64,000 nucleotides of DNA from Solirubrobacterales bacterium (GTDB lineage Bacteria > Actinomycetota > Thermoleophilia > Solirubrobacterales > 70-9): NCBI GenBank assembly GCA_036378275.1, contig DASUWV010000093.1, positions 4,291 to 68,290 on the forward strand, in the 5' to 3' direction. The translations under genes were made by a program, and so were the position numbers. Positions 43,556 through 56,109 of the stretch are shown piece after piece; within the stretch, counting starts at the first letter, position 1; each line of letters opens with the position of its first letter. Below the pieces are notes generated by a model. That model was not told the origin of the DNA, made no database searches, and worked only from the letters and a program-made list of their open reading frames with translations.

Positions 43556-44389
43556 ATGCGGATCGCTTATTTGGGACCGGCGGGGACCTTCACTGAGGAT
43601 GCCCTCGGGGAGGCGCTGCCCAGCGGTGGGTATGAGCCGGTGCGGACGCCGACGATCCCCGACGCGATCCTCGCGGTCGAGCGCGGCGAGGCCGAGCGGG
43701 CTCTGGTGCCGATCGAGAACTCGCTGGAGGGGTCGGTCCGGCCCACCCTCGACACGCTGGCCTTTGACGTCGGCGCGGTGACGATCGTCGGCGAGCACGA
43801 CTACCGCGTGCGCGTACACCTGATCGCCCGAGAGGGTGTGCAAGTAGAGGACGTCGAGGCGGTGCTCTCGCACCCGCAGCCGCTGGCCCAGTGCGCGCGC
43901 TTCCTGCGCGAGACGCTGCCCGCGGTCGAACTTCGCAGCGTCAGCAGCACCGCGGCGGCGGTGCGGATGGTGAGCGAGGCGACCCGGCCATGGGCCGCGC
44001 TGGGAGCGCGGGCAGCCGCCGAGCTCTACGGCTGCGAGCTGCTGCTGGAGGGAGTCGAGGACCAGGACGACAACGTCACCCGCTTCGTCTGGATCGCGCC
44101 GCAGGGGACCGAGCTGACCGGCGACGGGCCCTGGAAGACCTCGCTGGTCTTCTCGGAGCTGGGGGCGGACCACCCGGGGGCGCTGGTCGACGCCCTCAGC
44201 GAGTTCTCCAGCCGCGGGATCAACCTGACGCGGATCGAGTCGCGGCCACTCCGACAGGGGCTGGGGCGCTACATGTTCTTCTGCGACCTCGAAGGGCGGG
44301 AGAGCGACGAGCTCGTCGCCGGGGCGATCGGGCGACTCCGAACCAAGGCCGATTCGGTACGCATCCTCGGCTCCTATCCGCTCGATTGA
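43556..44389 (+). CDS. pheA: Prephenate dehydratase
   Basis: IAYLGPAGTFTE, VPIENSLEGSV and TRFVWI motifs, plus a C-terminal ACT domain (GINLTRIESRP...YMFFCDLEG). Confidence 0.85.
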   Translation: MRIAYLGPAGTFTEDALGEALPSGGYEPVRTPTIPDAILAVERGEAERALVPIENSLEGSVRPTLDTLAFDVGAVTIVGEHDYRVRVHLIAREGVQVEDVEAVLSHPQPLAQCARFLRETLPAVELRSVSSTAAAVRMVSEATRPWAALGARAAAELYGCELLLEGVEDQDDNVTRFVWIAPQGTELTGDGPWKTSLVFSELGADHPGALVDALSEFSSRGINLTRIESRPLRQGLGRYMFFCDLEGRESDELVAGAIGRLRTKADSVRILGSYPLD

Positions 44390-44429
44390 GGGCAATGAGC
44401 GCCGCGCGCCCTACAATTTCCCTCAACCA

Positions 44430-44939
44430 ATGGCCAGGGTGCTGGTACTCAACGCGACGTATGAGCCGATCAACGTCTGCACGTTGCGAAGGGCCGCTGT
44501 CCTCTTGCTGAAGGAAAAGGCCGAATTGCTGGAGCATCGGGCAGGTCTCCAGCTCCACTCCGAGCACATGACGATGGAGCGGCCCGACGTGATCCGCCTC
44601 GTCAACTACGTGCGGATCCCCCGCGAGGCGCACCGCCGCAAGATCACCCGCCGCGCCGTCCTCGCCCGCGACTCCTGGACCTGCCAGTACTGCGGCTCGA
44701 CCAAAGCCGGCCTCACCGTCGACCACGTCATCCCCCGCTCCCGCGGCGGCAAATCGGTCTGGGAGAACATCGTCGCCGCCTGTCCGCCCTGCAACCGCCG
44801 CAAGGGCAACCGCCTCCCGCGCGAGATCCACATGCATCCGGCGACGACCCCGAAGGCGCCGCCGCCGACCGTCTTCATCCAGGTCGCGAGCCCGAAGATT
44901 CCCGCCGCCTGGGAGCAGTACCTGCCGCAGGCGGCATAG
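44430..44939 (+). CDS. HNH endonuclease family protein
   Basis: CQYCGS...LTVDHVIPRSRGG...WENIVAACPPCNRRKGN. Confidence 0.8.
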   Translation: MARVLVLNATYEPINVCTLRRAAVLLLKEKAELLEHRAGLQLHSEHMTMERPDVIRLVNYVRIPREAHRRKITRRAVLARDSWTCQYCGSTKAGLTVDHVIPRSRGGKSVWENIVAACPPCNRRKGNRLPREIHMHPATTPKAPPPTVFIQVASPKIPAAWEQYLPQAA

Positions 44940-44974
44940 GCGAGCGCATTTGTTCCGAGTACGCAAGTAGACTT

Positions 44975-45952
44975 ATGGCAATGACGTGGCGTCGAGCAGG
45001 GGCGCGATCGGCGCTGCTCCTTTTCCCACTGATGCTTCTCCTTGTTCCCACCCAGGCGTCGGGCGGCGTCCGCGTGCGAGCGGCCTCGGCGAGCGAAACG
45101 GGCGCGTTCTGGAGCCTTGGACGGATGCGGGAAGCGAAGCCGCTCGAGGTCAAGGGCCCTGCCGAAACCGACCTGCCGCGTGGCGGCAAGGGGAAGCGCG
45201 GCCGGCCTCAGCGCATCGACGCGATCGCTCCCCGCGAAGGCGAATTCGGCACCGACTTCGAACAGGTCGCCGACCCGACCGCGCCGGGCTTCCGGATCAA
45301 CGGCGCGATCTTCGTCGACCTAGGGCTCTTCGGCTACGCGCGCTGCTCGGGCACGGCCGTCAACTCCGGCAACGAAAGCGTCGTCTTCACCGCCGGCCAT
45401 TGCGTCAACAGCGGCGGCCGGCGCGGGCGCTGGCTGAGGTTCCGCTGGGCCTTCGTTCCCGCCTACCGCTATGGGCAGCGGCCGTTCGGCGTCTTCCCGG
45501 CGAAGTGGCTGGACACGACCCGGCAGTGGCGGGCCAGCGGCAGCGAGAACTACGACGTCGGCGCCGCCGTGGTCGGCCGCAACGGCCGCGGCGAAACTCT
45601 GGGCGAAGCGGTCGGCGGGGCCGGCATCGCCTTCAACCTGAAGCCGAAGCAGGAATTCAGCGTGCACGGCTACCCGGCGGCGGAACCCTTCGACGGCGAA
45701 ACGCAGCGGGTCTGCCCCTTGGCGCAGTACCTCGGTCACGACCCGGACTCGTTCCTCTTCCCCGGGCCGCTCAACCTCGCCGTCCGCTGCGATGTCACCG
45801 GCGGCGCCTCGGGCGGCGGCTGGATGATCGACGGCGAAACGCTGAACAGCGTCACCAACTACGGCTACTTCGATGACAGGACGCCCGACTTCGGCGCCTA
45901 CTTCGGCAAGGAAGTGGCGCGGCTCTACGCGCGGGCGGAGAAGGTGCGATGA
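44975..45952 (+). CDS. Secreted trypsin-like (S1 family) serine peptidase
   Basis: Signal peptide (ALLLFPLMLLLVPTQASG), a His motif FTAGHCV and a Ser motif GGASGGGW. Confidence 0.6.
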   Translation: MAMTWRRAGARSALLLFPLMLLLVPTQASGGVRVRAASASETGAFWSLGRMREAKPLEVKGPAETDLPRGGKGKRGRPQRIDAIAPREGEFGTDFEQVADPTAPGFRINGAIFVDLGLFGYARCSGTAVNSGNESVVFTAGHCVNSGGRRGRWLRFRWAFVPAYRYGQRPFGVFPAKWLDTTRQWRASGSENYDVGAAVVGRNGRGETLGEAVGGAGIAFNLKPKQEFSVHGYPAAEPFDGETQRVCPLAQYLGHDPDSFLFPGPLNLAVRCDVTGGASGGGWMIDGETLNSVTNYGYFDDRTPDFGAYFGKEVARLYARAEKVR

Positions 45953-46875
45953 GCCGGCGCGTCGCGATCCTGGCCGTCTTCGGCGCCCTGCTCACGGCGG
46001 GGAGCGCTCGCGCCGCCGTCGACCCGGCGCTGATGTCGCATCTCGCCCCTCGCCACCTCCTGGCCGAAGTAGGCAAGCCGGTGCCGCCGAAGCCGGTCTT
46101 CGACTCGGGCTTCACCGTCGAGGCCTCGCACGGCTACGAGATCAAGGTCTTCACCTTCGGCAGCGCCGTGATCCTCGAGGCGATGCACCGCGACCACCGG
46201 CACCTCGCGGCGGCGGTGTACCTGGCCCGCGGAGTCGCCACCCCGCAGCGGCTGCAGGCGACCTTCGGCAACCTCGGCAAGGTCTCGATGCGCTTCCGCC
46301 CTCCGCGGAAAGGCAGCGGTCGCAACTCGGTCTGCCGCTTCGGCGAGCGCTTGACCAAGCGCCGCGGCACCTACGTCGGCAGCTTCGTCTTCAGGGGCGA
46401 GGGCGGCTACGTCGCGGTCCACCTGCACCGCGCCAAAGGCAAGATCGTCACCCCCGCCGGCCGCTGCCCGCGCCGCCACCTGACGCACGCCCAGGTGGAA
46501 AAGCTGCTCGAAGGCCTTTTCGAACCGGTCTCGGGGCTGCTCGCCGACTCGCGCGAAGGGGTGACGACGACCACCTTGTTCGCCATCGCGCGCAAGCGCG
46601 GCTCCGCCTTCCTCGCCGCTCACGAGGAGACCCACGGCAGGCTGGCGATCATCAGGCTCGTAATCGTCAAAGGCCGCAAGGGCTTCCGCGCAAACGAAGC
46701 GGCGACGGCGGTGGACCTCTCGCCCCCGGCCCCATTCCACGGGACCGGCCGCTACCACGCCGAACCCGACGGCACCACGACCTGGATCGGGCCGCTCTCG
46801 GTCAACTTCCCCGGCGCGCCGCGTTTCCCCCTCACCGGGCCGAGCTTCGAGACCTTTATCGAGATCCCGTTCTAG
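45949..46875 (+). CDS. Secreted hypothetical protein (308 aa)
   Basis: Signal peptide MSRRVAILAVFGALLTAGSARA. The ATG overlaps the protease stop (ATGA). I recognise no domain. Confidence 0.45.
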   Translation: MSRRVAILAVFGALLTAGSARAAVDPALMSHLAPRHLLAEVGKPVPPKPVFDSGFTVEASHGYEIKVFTFGSAVILEAMHRDHRHLAAAVYLARGVATPQRLQATFGNLGKVSMRFRPPRKGSGRNSVCRFGERLTKRRGTYVGSFVFRGEGGYVAVHLHRAKGKIVTPAGRCPRRHLTHAQVEKLLEGLFEPVSGLLADSREGVTTTTLFAIARKRGSAFLAAHEETHGRLAIIRLVIVKGRKGFRANEAATAVDLSPPAPFHGTGRYHAEPDGTTTWIGPLSVNFPGAPRFPLTGPSFETFIEIPF

Positions 46876-46896
46876 CGGGATTCAGGCGAAGCGGCC

Positions 46897-49428
46897 TCAG
46901 GCGCCGTCGGCGCCGGCGCCGTCCGGCGAGGCCTCGACCAGCTCGCCCTGGCCGTCGTCCGCAGCGTCTGCCGCGGCCGACTCCTCGGACTCGACGACGA
47001 GGGCGACGGCGCTGACGCAGTCGTCGTCCTTGATGTTCATCACCTTGACGCCCTGGGTGGCGCGGCCCATCTGCGAGATGCCGCCGACGCCGGTGCGCTG
47101 GACCATCCCGTTCTGCGAGATGAAGAGCAGGTCCTGGTGCTCGCTGACGATCAGGGCGCCGGTGAGGCCTCCCTTCTTCTCGGTCAGCTTCACGGTGAGC
47201 ACGCCTTTCGTGCCGCGGCCCTTGACGGGGTACTCCGAGACCGGGGTGCGCTTGCCGTAGCCGTTCTCGGTGACGACGAAGAGTTCGGTGTCGTTGCGGG
47301 CGACGTCCATCGCCAGCACCCGGTTGTCCTTGCCGGAGACGTTCATGCCCTTGACGCCGCTGGTGTCTCGGCCCATCTCCCGCACGAGACCCTCGGAGAA
47401 GCGCGAGGCGTGGCCGGAGTGGGAGACCATGAGGATGTCGTCTTCGCCCGAGGTCAGCCGCACCTGCACCAGCTCGTCGCCGTCGCGGACCTTGATCGCG
47501 ATGATCCCGTCGGCGCGGATCGGCGTGTTGTAGGCGAGGAATTTCGTTTTCTTGATCAGGCCCTGGGCGGTGGCGAAGGCGAGGTACTTGTTCTCTTTGA
47601 AGTCGCGGGTCGGGATCACCGCCATCACCCGCTCGCCTTCGCGCAGCGGCAGCAGATTGTTGAGCGAGCTGCCTTTCGAGGTGCGCGAGCCCTCCGGCAG
47701 CTCGTAGACCTTGAGCCGGTAGACCTTGCCGCGGTTGGTGAAGAAGAGCAGGAAGTCGTGGGTCGAGCAGATGTGGAGATGGGCGATGTAGTCGTCCTCT
47801 TTCAGGTTCATCCCCATCACCCCGACGCCGCCGCGGCGCTGCTGGCGGTAGGTCGCGAGCGGCAGCCGCTTGACGTAGCCCGAGGCGGTGAGCGAGATCA
47901 CCATCTGCTGGTCGGCGATCATGTCCTCGATCCCGACGTCGCCCTCGAAGTGGGCCAGCTCGGTGCGGCGCTCGTCGCCGTAGGACTCGACGACTTCGGC
48001 CAGCTCGTCCTTGACCAGGCCCATCACCTTCGCTTCGTCGCCGAGGATCGCTCGCAGCTCGCCGATCCGCTCCATCAGGTCGGCGTGCTCGGCGCGGACT
48101 TTGTCGGCCTCGAGCGCGGTGAGGCGCTGCAGGCGCATGTCGAGGATCGCCTGCGCCTGCTCGCGCGAGAGGTCGAATTTCGAGATCAGGCCCTCGCGCG
48201 CTTCGTCGGGATCGCTGGAGCCGCGGATCAGTTTGATCACCGCGTCGAGGTTGTCGAGCGCGACCAGCAGCCCCTCGAGGATGTGCGCCCGCGCCTCCGC
48301 CCGCCGCAGTTCGTACTGGGTCCGGCGGGTGACGACCTCGCGCTGGTGTTCCACGTAGTGGTGGATCAGTTCGCGCAGGCTGAGCGTCTTCGGCACGCCG
48401 TCGACCAGCGCCACCATGTTGGCGCCGAAGGTCGACTGCATCGCCGTTTTCTTGTAGAGGTTGTTGAGGACCACTTTGGCCGGCGGGCCGCCGCGCTTGA
48501 GCTCGATCACCAGCCGCATCCCGGAGCGGTCGGACTCGTCGCGGAGGTCGGAGATGCCCTCGAGCTTCTTGTCGCGGACGAGGTCGGCGATCTTCGTGAT
48601 CAGGCCGCCTTCGCCGCCCTTCTTGACCATGAACGGCAGCTCGGTGACGACGATCGCCTCCTTGCCCCCCTTCAGCGGCTCGACGTGGGCGCGAGCGCGG
48701 ACGCGGATGCTGCCGCGGCCTGAGCGGTAGGCGTCGGCGATCCCCTCGCGGCTCATGATCCCGCCGCCGGGGAAGTCCGGGCCTTTGACGTGCTGCATCA
48801 GGCCCTCGAGGTCGATCTGCGGGTCGTCGATGTAGGCGGTGACCGCGGCGGCCACCTCGCGCAGGTTGTGGGGCGGGATGTTGGTCGCCATCCCGACGGC
48901 GATTCCGGAGGTGCCGTTGACGAGCAGGTTCGGGAAGCGCGCCGGCAGCACCAGCGGTTCCTGCGCCTTCTCGTCGTAGTTGGGCCCGAAGTCGACGGTG
49001 TCGGCGTCGATGTCCCGCAGCATCTCGGTCGCGAGGCGGCCGAGGCGCGCCTCGGTGTACCGCATCGCCGCTGCCGGGTCGTCGTCGATCGAGCCGAAGT
49101 TGCCCTGCCCGTCGACGAGGACGTAGCGCAGCGAGAAGTCCTGCGCCATCCGCACCAGGGTGTCGTAGATCGCCGAGTCCCCGTGCGGGTGGTATTTGCC
49201 CATCACCTCGCCGACGATGTAGGCGCACTTGCGGTAGGGCCGGGTCGGTTGCAGGCCGATGTCGTGCATCGCAAAGAGGACGCGCCGGTGCACCGGCTTC
49301 AGCCCGTCGCGCACGTCCGGCAGCGCCCGCCCGACGATCACGCTCATCGCGTAATCGAGATACGACGAGCGCATCTCCTTCTCGAGCTCGCGCTCTTCTA
49401 TCCGCCCGGTCAGGGCCTCCAGCGCCAT
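46897..49428 (-). CDS. gyrA: DNA gyrase subunit A
   Basis: [37 protein letters not shown] and C-terminal beta-pinwheel repeats. Confidence 0.95.
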   Translation of the reverse strand: MALEALTGRIEERELEKEMRSSYLDYAMSVIVGRALPDVRDGLKPVHRRVLFAMHDIGLQPTRPYRKCAYIVGEVMGKYHPHGDSAIYDTLVRMAQDFSLRYVLVDGQGNFGSIDDDPAAAMRYTEARLGRLATEMLRDIDADTVDFGPNYDEKAQEPLVLPARFPNLLVNGTSGIAVGMATNIPPHNLREVAAAVTAYIDDPQIDLEGLMQHVKGPDFPGGGIMSREGIADAYRSGRGSIRVRARAHVEPLKGGKEAIVVTELPFMVKKGGEGGLITKIADLVRDKKLEGISDLRDESDRSGMRLVIELKRGGPPAKVVLNNLYKKTAMQSTFGANMVALVDGVPKTLSLRELIHHYVEHQREVVTRRTQYELRRAEARAHILEGLLVALDNLDAVIKLIRGSSDPDEAREGLISKFDLSREQAQAILDMRLQRLTALEADKVRAEHADLMERIGELRAILGDEAKVMGLVKDELAEVVESYGDERRTELAHFEGDVGIEDMIADQQMVISLTASGYVKRLPLATYRQQRRGGVGVMGMNLKEDDYIAHLHICSTHDFLLFFTNRGKVYRLKVYELPEGSRTSKGSSLNNLLPLREGERVMAVIPTRDFKENKYLAFATAQGLIKKTKFLAYNTPIRADGIIAIKVRDGDELVQVRLTSGEDDILMVSHSGHASRFSEGLVREMGRDTSGVKGMNVSGKDNRVLAMDVARNDTELFVVTENGYGKRTPVSEYPVKGRGTKGVLTVKLTEKKGGLTGALIVSEHQDLLFISQNGMVQRTGVGGISQMGRATQGVKVMNIKDDDCVSAVALVVESEESAAADAADDGQGELVEASPDGAGADGA

Positions 49429-49482
49429 CAGACACTCACACCATTACAGTCAGCTTTGAAGTAACGGTTCGGTTTCGCGAAC

Positions 49483-51912
<2,430 letters not shown>

Positions 51913-52057
51913 TCAGACACACAAAGCCCCGACGCCCGGAGACTCGCTCCACGGTTGGTCGGGGCATATTGCGAGTTGCCATAAGAATATCAGTTCGAGC
52001 CAGTGGACAACCGGCGCCAGAGGTAAAAACACCCTGCAAATCGTGGAAAAAGCGTGT

Positions 52058-52360
52058 CTAAGGACGCGCTGATTTGAGACGGAAGCGCAACGCCTGCGGA
52101 GCCTGCTCGCCGACCTCCGCCCGCAGGCGCTCCAGCAGCGCCGCCTGCATCAGGTCGAGCTCCTGCACCCAGACCGCGTCGACGCACTCGACGGTCACGG
52201 TTCCGTCCCGCTCGGAGACCGGCGTCGCCACCGCGGCGAGCCGCTCGCCGACCGCGTTCGACCAGGCCGCCTGCACCGCCGCCAGCGGGGTCTGCGGCGC
52301 CGCCTTCCGCAGGGCCGCCTGCAGGGCGTCGGCGGCAGGGCGGGGGGCTCGCCGCTTCAC
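52058..52360 (-). CDS. dciA: DUF721 protein (DciA-like), 100 aa
   Basis: Small protein between recF and gyrB (the position of Rv0004/DciA in mycobacteria). It has ...AWSNAVGERLAAVATPVSERDGTVTVECVDAVWVQEL... The GTG start overlaps the recF stop. Confidence 0.6.
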   Translation of the reverse strand: MKRRAPRPAADALQAALRKAAPQTPLAAVQAAWSNAVGERLAAVATPVSERDGTVTVECVDAVWVQELDLMQAALLERLRAEVGEQAPQALRFRLKSARP

Positions 52361-53445
52361 GCGGCGGCACTTTCTGTCTGCGGCGGCGGCATCGGCACCA
52401 CGGTCTCCCGGGCGGCGGGCGGGACCGACTCCTCGTCGGCCGCGGTGATCAGCACCTGCCCGCCGTCGCCGAGCCGGGCGACCAGGCGCTGCCGGCGGCC
52501 GGGATCGAGCTCGCTCATCACGTCGTCGAGCAACAGCAGCGGCGTCACCCTGCGCGCCTTCAGCAGCGCCTCGCGCTAGGCGAAGAGGAGGGCGAGGAGG
52601 GCGGTTCGCTGCTGCCCCTGCGAGCCGTAGCGCCGCAGCGACTTCCCCGCCGCCGCGAGCTTCAGCTCGTCGAGGTGGGGCCCCCAGGAGCTGCGGCCGA
52701 GGCGGATGTCCTGCTCGCGCCGCTCCTCCAGGCCCATCCTGATTTCCGCCGCCGTGCCCTCCGCCCGCGGCGAGAACTCAAGCTGCGCGCTCGCCAGCCC
52801 CAGCTCGGCGGCGGCCTCCGCGAACGGCCCCGCCAGCTCGGCCACCGCCTCCCCCCGCGCCTCGATCAGCGGAGCCGCCGCGTCGGCCAGTCCTGCATCC
52901 CAGATCCGCAGGTCCTCCGGCGAGCCGTGACCGGCGTGCAGGCGGGAGAGCAACGCGTTGCGCTGGGCCACCGCCTGCCCGTAGCGCTTGCGCAGCTCCG
53001 CCCGCGCGGGCCAGCGGGCGCCGATGAAGCCGTCGAGGTGGGCGCGCCGCTCGGCCGGGGGTCCCTTGACCAGAGTCAGGCGGTCGGGGGCGAATACCGC
53101 CACCGGCGGCCGGCTGCGGGCCAGCGTGGCCGGATCGGCCGGGTTGCCGTCGAGCAGGTGCCGGCGGCCTTCGCTGCGGCTGACGGCGGCCAGCAGCCTG
53201 TGCTCGATCCCGTCCTCGTCCTCGATCGTCGCTTCCGCCCGCGCCAGCGCGCCGCCGAAAGGGATCAGGTCGCGCCGGTCGGAGGTGCGGAAGGAGCGGC
53301 CGGTGAGGGCGAAGTAGAGCGCCTCGATCAGGTTCGTCTTGCCGGTCCCGTTCGGCCCGATGACGCTGACGATGCCCGGCGGCAGCTCGATCCGGACGCG
53401 GTCGAGGCTGCGCAGCGGCTTTGCCTCGATCGCGGTGACGAGCAT
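52357..53445 (-). pseudogene. recF: recF (DNA replication/repair protein) interrupted by one in-frame TAG at 52576..52578
   Basis: ORFs 52576..53445 and 52357..52548 are in the same frame. Walker A GPNGTGKTNLIEALYF and signature GSQGQQRT lie upstream, and Walker B LLLLDDVMSELD lies downstream. The junction reads LLFA-TAG-REALLKARRVTPLLLLDD. Confidence 0.8.
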
Positions 53446-53470
53446 CGCCGGCTCAGACGGCGGCGGCCAT

Positions 53471-54580
53471 CTAAACGTTGAGGCGGATCGGCATCACCAG
53501 GTAGCGGAACTCATCGCCCTCGACCGGTTCCAGCAGGCCCGGGCGCAGAGGCGAGATAAGCCGCACCAGGATCTCGTCGCCCTGGACGCTTTCGATCCCC
53601 TCGCGGAGGAACTCGGGGTTGAACCCGATCTCCAGCGACTCACCCTCGAAGGCGGCGGGCATCGTCTCGCGGGCATCGCCGACGTCGGGCGTTTCCGCCG
53701 CCACGGTCAGCTCGCCGGACTCGAAGCTCAGCCGCAGGGGCGCGTTGCGCTGCGCCAGCTGACTGACCCGCCGGGTGACTTCGAGCAGATCGGTCCGGGG
53801 CAGCCGCACGTCGTGCTCGTAGGACTCGGGCAGGAGCTGCCGGAAGTTCGGAAACTGCCCGTCGATCAGGCGCGTCGAGAGGAGGATCGAGCCGGCGACG
53901 AAGACCGCTTGGTTGGGCAGGAGCGAGATCGAGGCCTCGCCCGCCCCCTCCGAGGAGAGGATCCGCCCCAGCTCCCGCAGCGCCCGCGCGGGAATATTGG
54001 CCTCGAGCTCCCCGCCCAGATCAGCCTCGAGCTCGGTCCGCTTCACCGCCAGCCGGTAGGAGTCGGTGGCGACCATCGTCATCTCCTTGCCGCTGGCGGT
54101 GACGAAGACGCCGGTGAGGACGGGGCGCATGTCGTCTTTGGACGCGGCGCGGGCGACCAGGTCGATGCTCTCTTCCAGCGCCGCCGCCGGGATCTTCAGC
54201 GCCCCCTCCTCCTGCGGCTGCGGGAGCTTGGGGAAGTCCTCGACCGGCAGCACGCGCAGATGGAAGCTGGAGCCGCCGCTGCGGATCTCGACGTCGTGCT
54301 CGGCCTCGCGCGATTCGATTTCCACCGTCGGGTCGGCCAGCGAGCGGGCCACCTCGGCGAAGAGCCGGCCGGGGAGGAGAGCCGCGCCCCCGTCCGCGAC
54401 CTCGGCGTCGAGCGTCGTCTCCAGCCCGAGGTCCAGATCGGTGGCGGCCAGGGTGACGCGGCCGGCGGCGGCGTTGAGGAGGACGCCGGAGAGGGCCTGG
54501 GTGGCGGCGCGGGTCGAAACCGCCCGGGAAACGATCGAGAGCTTCGAGACGAGGTCTTCGCGTTTGGTCGTGAGCTTCAA
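53471..54580 (-). CDS. dnaN: DNA polymerase III beta subunit (sliding clamp)
   Basis: 369 aa with a three-domain clamp pattern (...LAATDLDLG..., ...MVATDSYRLA..., ...MPIRLNV). TTG start. Confidence 0.95.
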   Translation of the reverse strand: MKLTTKREDLVSKLSIVSRAVSTRAATQALSGVLLNAAAGRVTLAATDLDLGLETTLDAEVADGGAALLPGRLFAEVARSLADPTVEIESREAEHDVEIRSGGSSFHLRVLPVEDFPKLPQPQEEGALKIPAAALEESIDLVARAASKDDMRPVLTGVFVTASGKEMTMVATDSYRLAVKRTELEADLGGELEANIPARALRELGRILSSEGAGEASISLLPNQAVFVAGSILLSTRLIDGQFPNFRQLLPESYEHDVRLPRTDLLEVTRRVSQLAQRNAPLRLSFESGELTVAAETPDVGDARETMPAAFEGESLEIGFNPEFLREGIESVQGDEILVRLISPLRPGLLEPVEGDEFRYLVMPIRLNV

Positions 54581-54715
54581 AAGATGATGCCTTCTTGAGT
54601 TGGGTTAGGTCCTGTGGAAAGAAGTTGAAATCTGGCGGATTCGGCGGCGCGATGCGGTTTGGTGGATGTGGACCGGGCTGTGGGAGGTTGTGGATGATTA
54701 CAGCGCGACCGGTTG
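54581..54715. other. Candidate oriC (dnaA-dnaN intergenic) with five co-oriented DnaA-box-like 9-mers
   Basis: TGTGGAAAG 54613, GGTGGATGT 54661, TGTGGACCG 54667, TGTGGGAGG 54679 and TGTGGATGA 54689. The left part is relatively AT-rich (aaaagatgatgccttcttgagttggg). Confidence 0.5.
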
Positions 54716-56038
54716 TCAGCGCTCGTCGGCGACAGGGTTGTGGATAGCTCCCCGCAACTCCCGGACCTTTGCCGCCAGGCCGGGGTCCTCGTCGAGGCCC
54801 GCTTCCACCCGGCGCAGCGAGTTGAGCACGGTGGTGTGGTCGCGGCCGCCGTAGAGGCGCCCGATCTGCGGCAGGGAGAGGTCGGTCAGGTCGCGGGTGA
54901 GGAAGATCGCCACCTGACGGGCCCGCAGCGGCGTGGCGGCGCGGCTCGAGCCGACGAGCTCCGCGCGGGAGATCCCGAACGCTTCGGCCACCCGCTGCTG
55001 GATCTCCTCAACCGAGGTTGGGCGGGGTCTCGCGCGGATGCCCGGGATCACCTCGGCGATCAGGTCGGAGCTGAGCGGACGCGCCATCAGCGAGGCGTGG
55101 GCGATGACCCGGGTCAGAGCGCCGTGGAGCTGGCGGACGTTGGCGTCGATCCGGTTCGCCAGCTCGGCGAGCGCGCCCTCGTCTTCGATTTCGACCCCGG
55201 CCTCCTCGACCAGGCGGCGCAGGACGGTGAGGCGGGTCGCCAGGTTGGGCGGCTCGACCGGAACGGTCAGGCCCCACTCGAAGCGGTCGCGCAGGCGCGA
55301 GGCGAGCGTCGAGAGCTCGCTGGGGATGCGGTCGGCGGAGAGGACGAGCTGGCTGCCCGCCTCATACAGGGCGTTGAAGGTGTGGAAGAACTCCTCCTCC
55401 GTCGCCGGCTTCCCCTGCAGGAACTGGACGTCGTCGATCAGGAGGACGTCGATGTCCCGGTAGCGCGCCTTGAAGGCGTCGCTGCCCTTGGCCTTGAGGG
55501 CGGCGACGAACTCGTTGGTGAAGGACTCGGCGGTCGTGTAGCGGACGCTGAGGCCGGGGGCGTTGTCGCGCAGGTAGTTGGCGATCGCCGCCAGCAGGTG
55601 GGTCTTGCCCAGCCCCGGGGGGCCGTGGAGGAAGAGCGGGTTGTAGGCCTCGGAGGGGGCCTCGGCGACCGCCAGCGCGGCGCCGTGGGCGAGGCGGTTG
55701 CCGGGGCCGATGACGAAGCGGTCGAAGGTGTAGTTGGGGTTCAGCTCGAGCTCGTCGCCGGAGTCGCCGCCGAGGTCGGGGGGCTCGGCGAAGCTCACCT
55801 GCCGCAGCGGCGAGCCGGTCGCCTCCAGAGCTTCGGCGATCAGATCGGAGTAGCGCCGCTCGCTCCAGGCGCGGATCCCGTCCGGCGCCGAGAGGAAGAG
55901 AATCTCGCCTTCGACGCCGGCTGCCTCGAGCGGCTCCAGCCAAAGCCGGTAGGTCGACTCCGGCACCGACCCCTTCAGGCGCTCCTGGACCGCCTGCCAG
56001 AGGGCTTGGAGTTCGTTGCGAGGGGAGTCATCGGCCAC
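54716..56038 (-). CDS. dnaA: Chromosomal replication initiator protein DnaA (440 aa from GTG 56038)
   Basis: AAA+ motifs [11 protein letters not shown] and LLIDDVQFL, and the C-terminal DNA-binding domain (...[30 protein letters not shown]...). The ORF-track N-terminal extension was rejected. Confidence 0.9.
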   Translation of the reverse strand: MADDSPRNELQALWQAVQERLKGSVPESTYRLWLEPLEAAGVEGEILFLSAPDGIRAWSERRYSDLIAEALEATGSPLRQVSFAEPPDLGGDSGDELELNPNYTFDRFVIGPGNRLAHGAALAVAEAPSEAYNPLFLHGPPGLGKTHLLAAIANYLRDNAPGLSVRYTTAESFTNEFVAALKAKGSDAFKARYRDIDVLLIDDVQFLQGKPATEEEFFHTFNALYEAGSQLVLSADRIPSELSTLASRLRDRFEWGLTVPVEPPNLATRLTVLRRLVEEAGVEIEDEGALAELANRIDANVRQLHGALTRVIAHASLMARPLSSDLIAEVIPGIRARPRPTSVEEIQQRVAEAFGISRAELVGSSRAATPLRARQVAIFLTRDLTDLSLPQIGRLYGGRDHTTVLNSLRRVEAGLDEDPGLAAKVRELRGAIHNPVADER

Positions 56039-56109
56039 CGGCTGGCGACCATAGCGGCGTGCCTGAGAGGGCAGTTCCGGTGCCTCGCAAATGCCGGAGA
56101 AAAGATTTG

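Noticed and set aside
52002-52010. DnaA-box-like AGTGGACAA upstream of gyrB.
   Set aside because: It is a single isolated 8/9 match without clustering, which is insufficient to suggest an origin or DnaA regulation.
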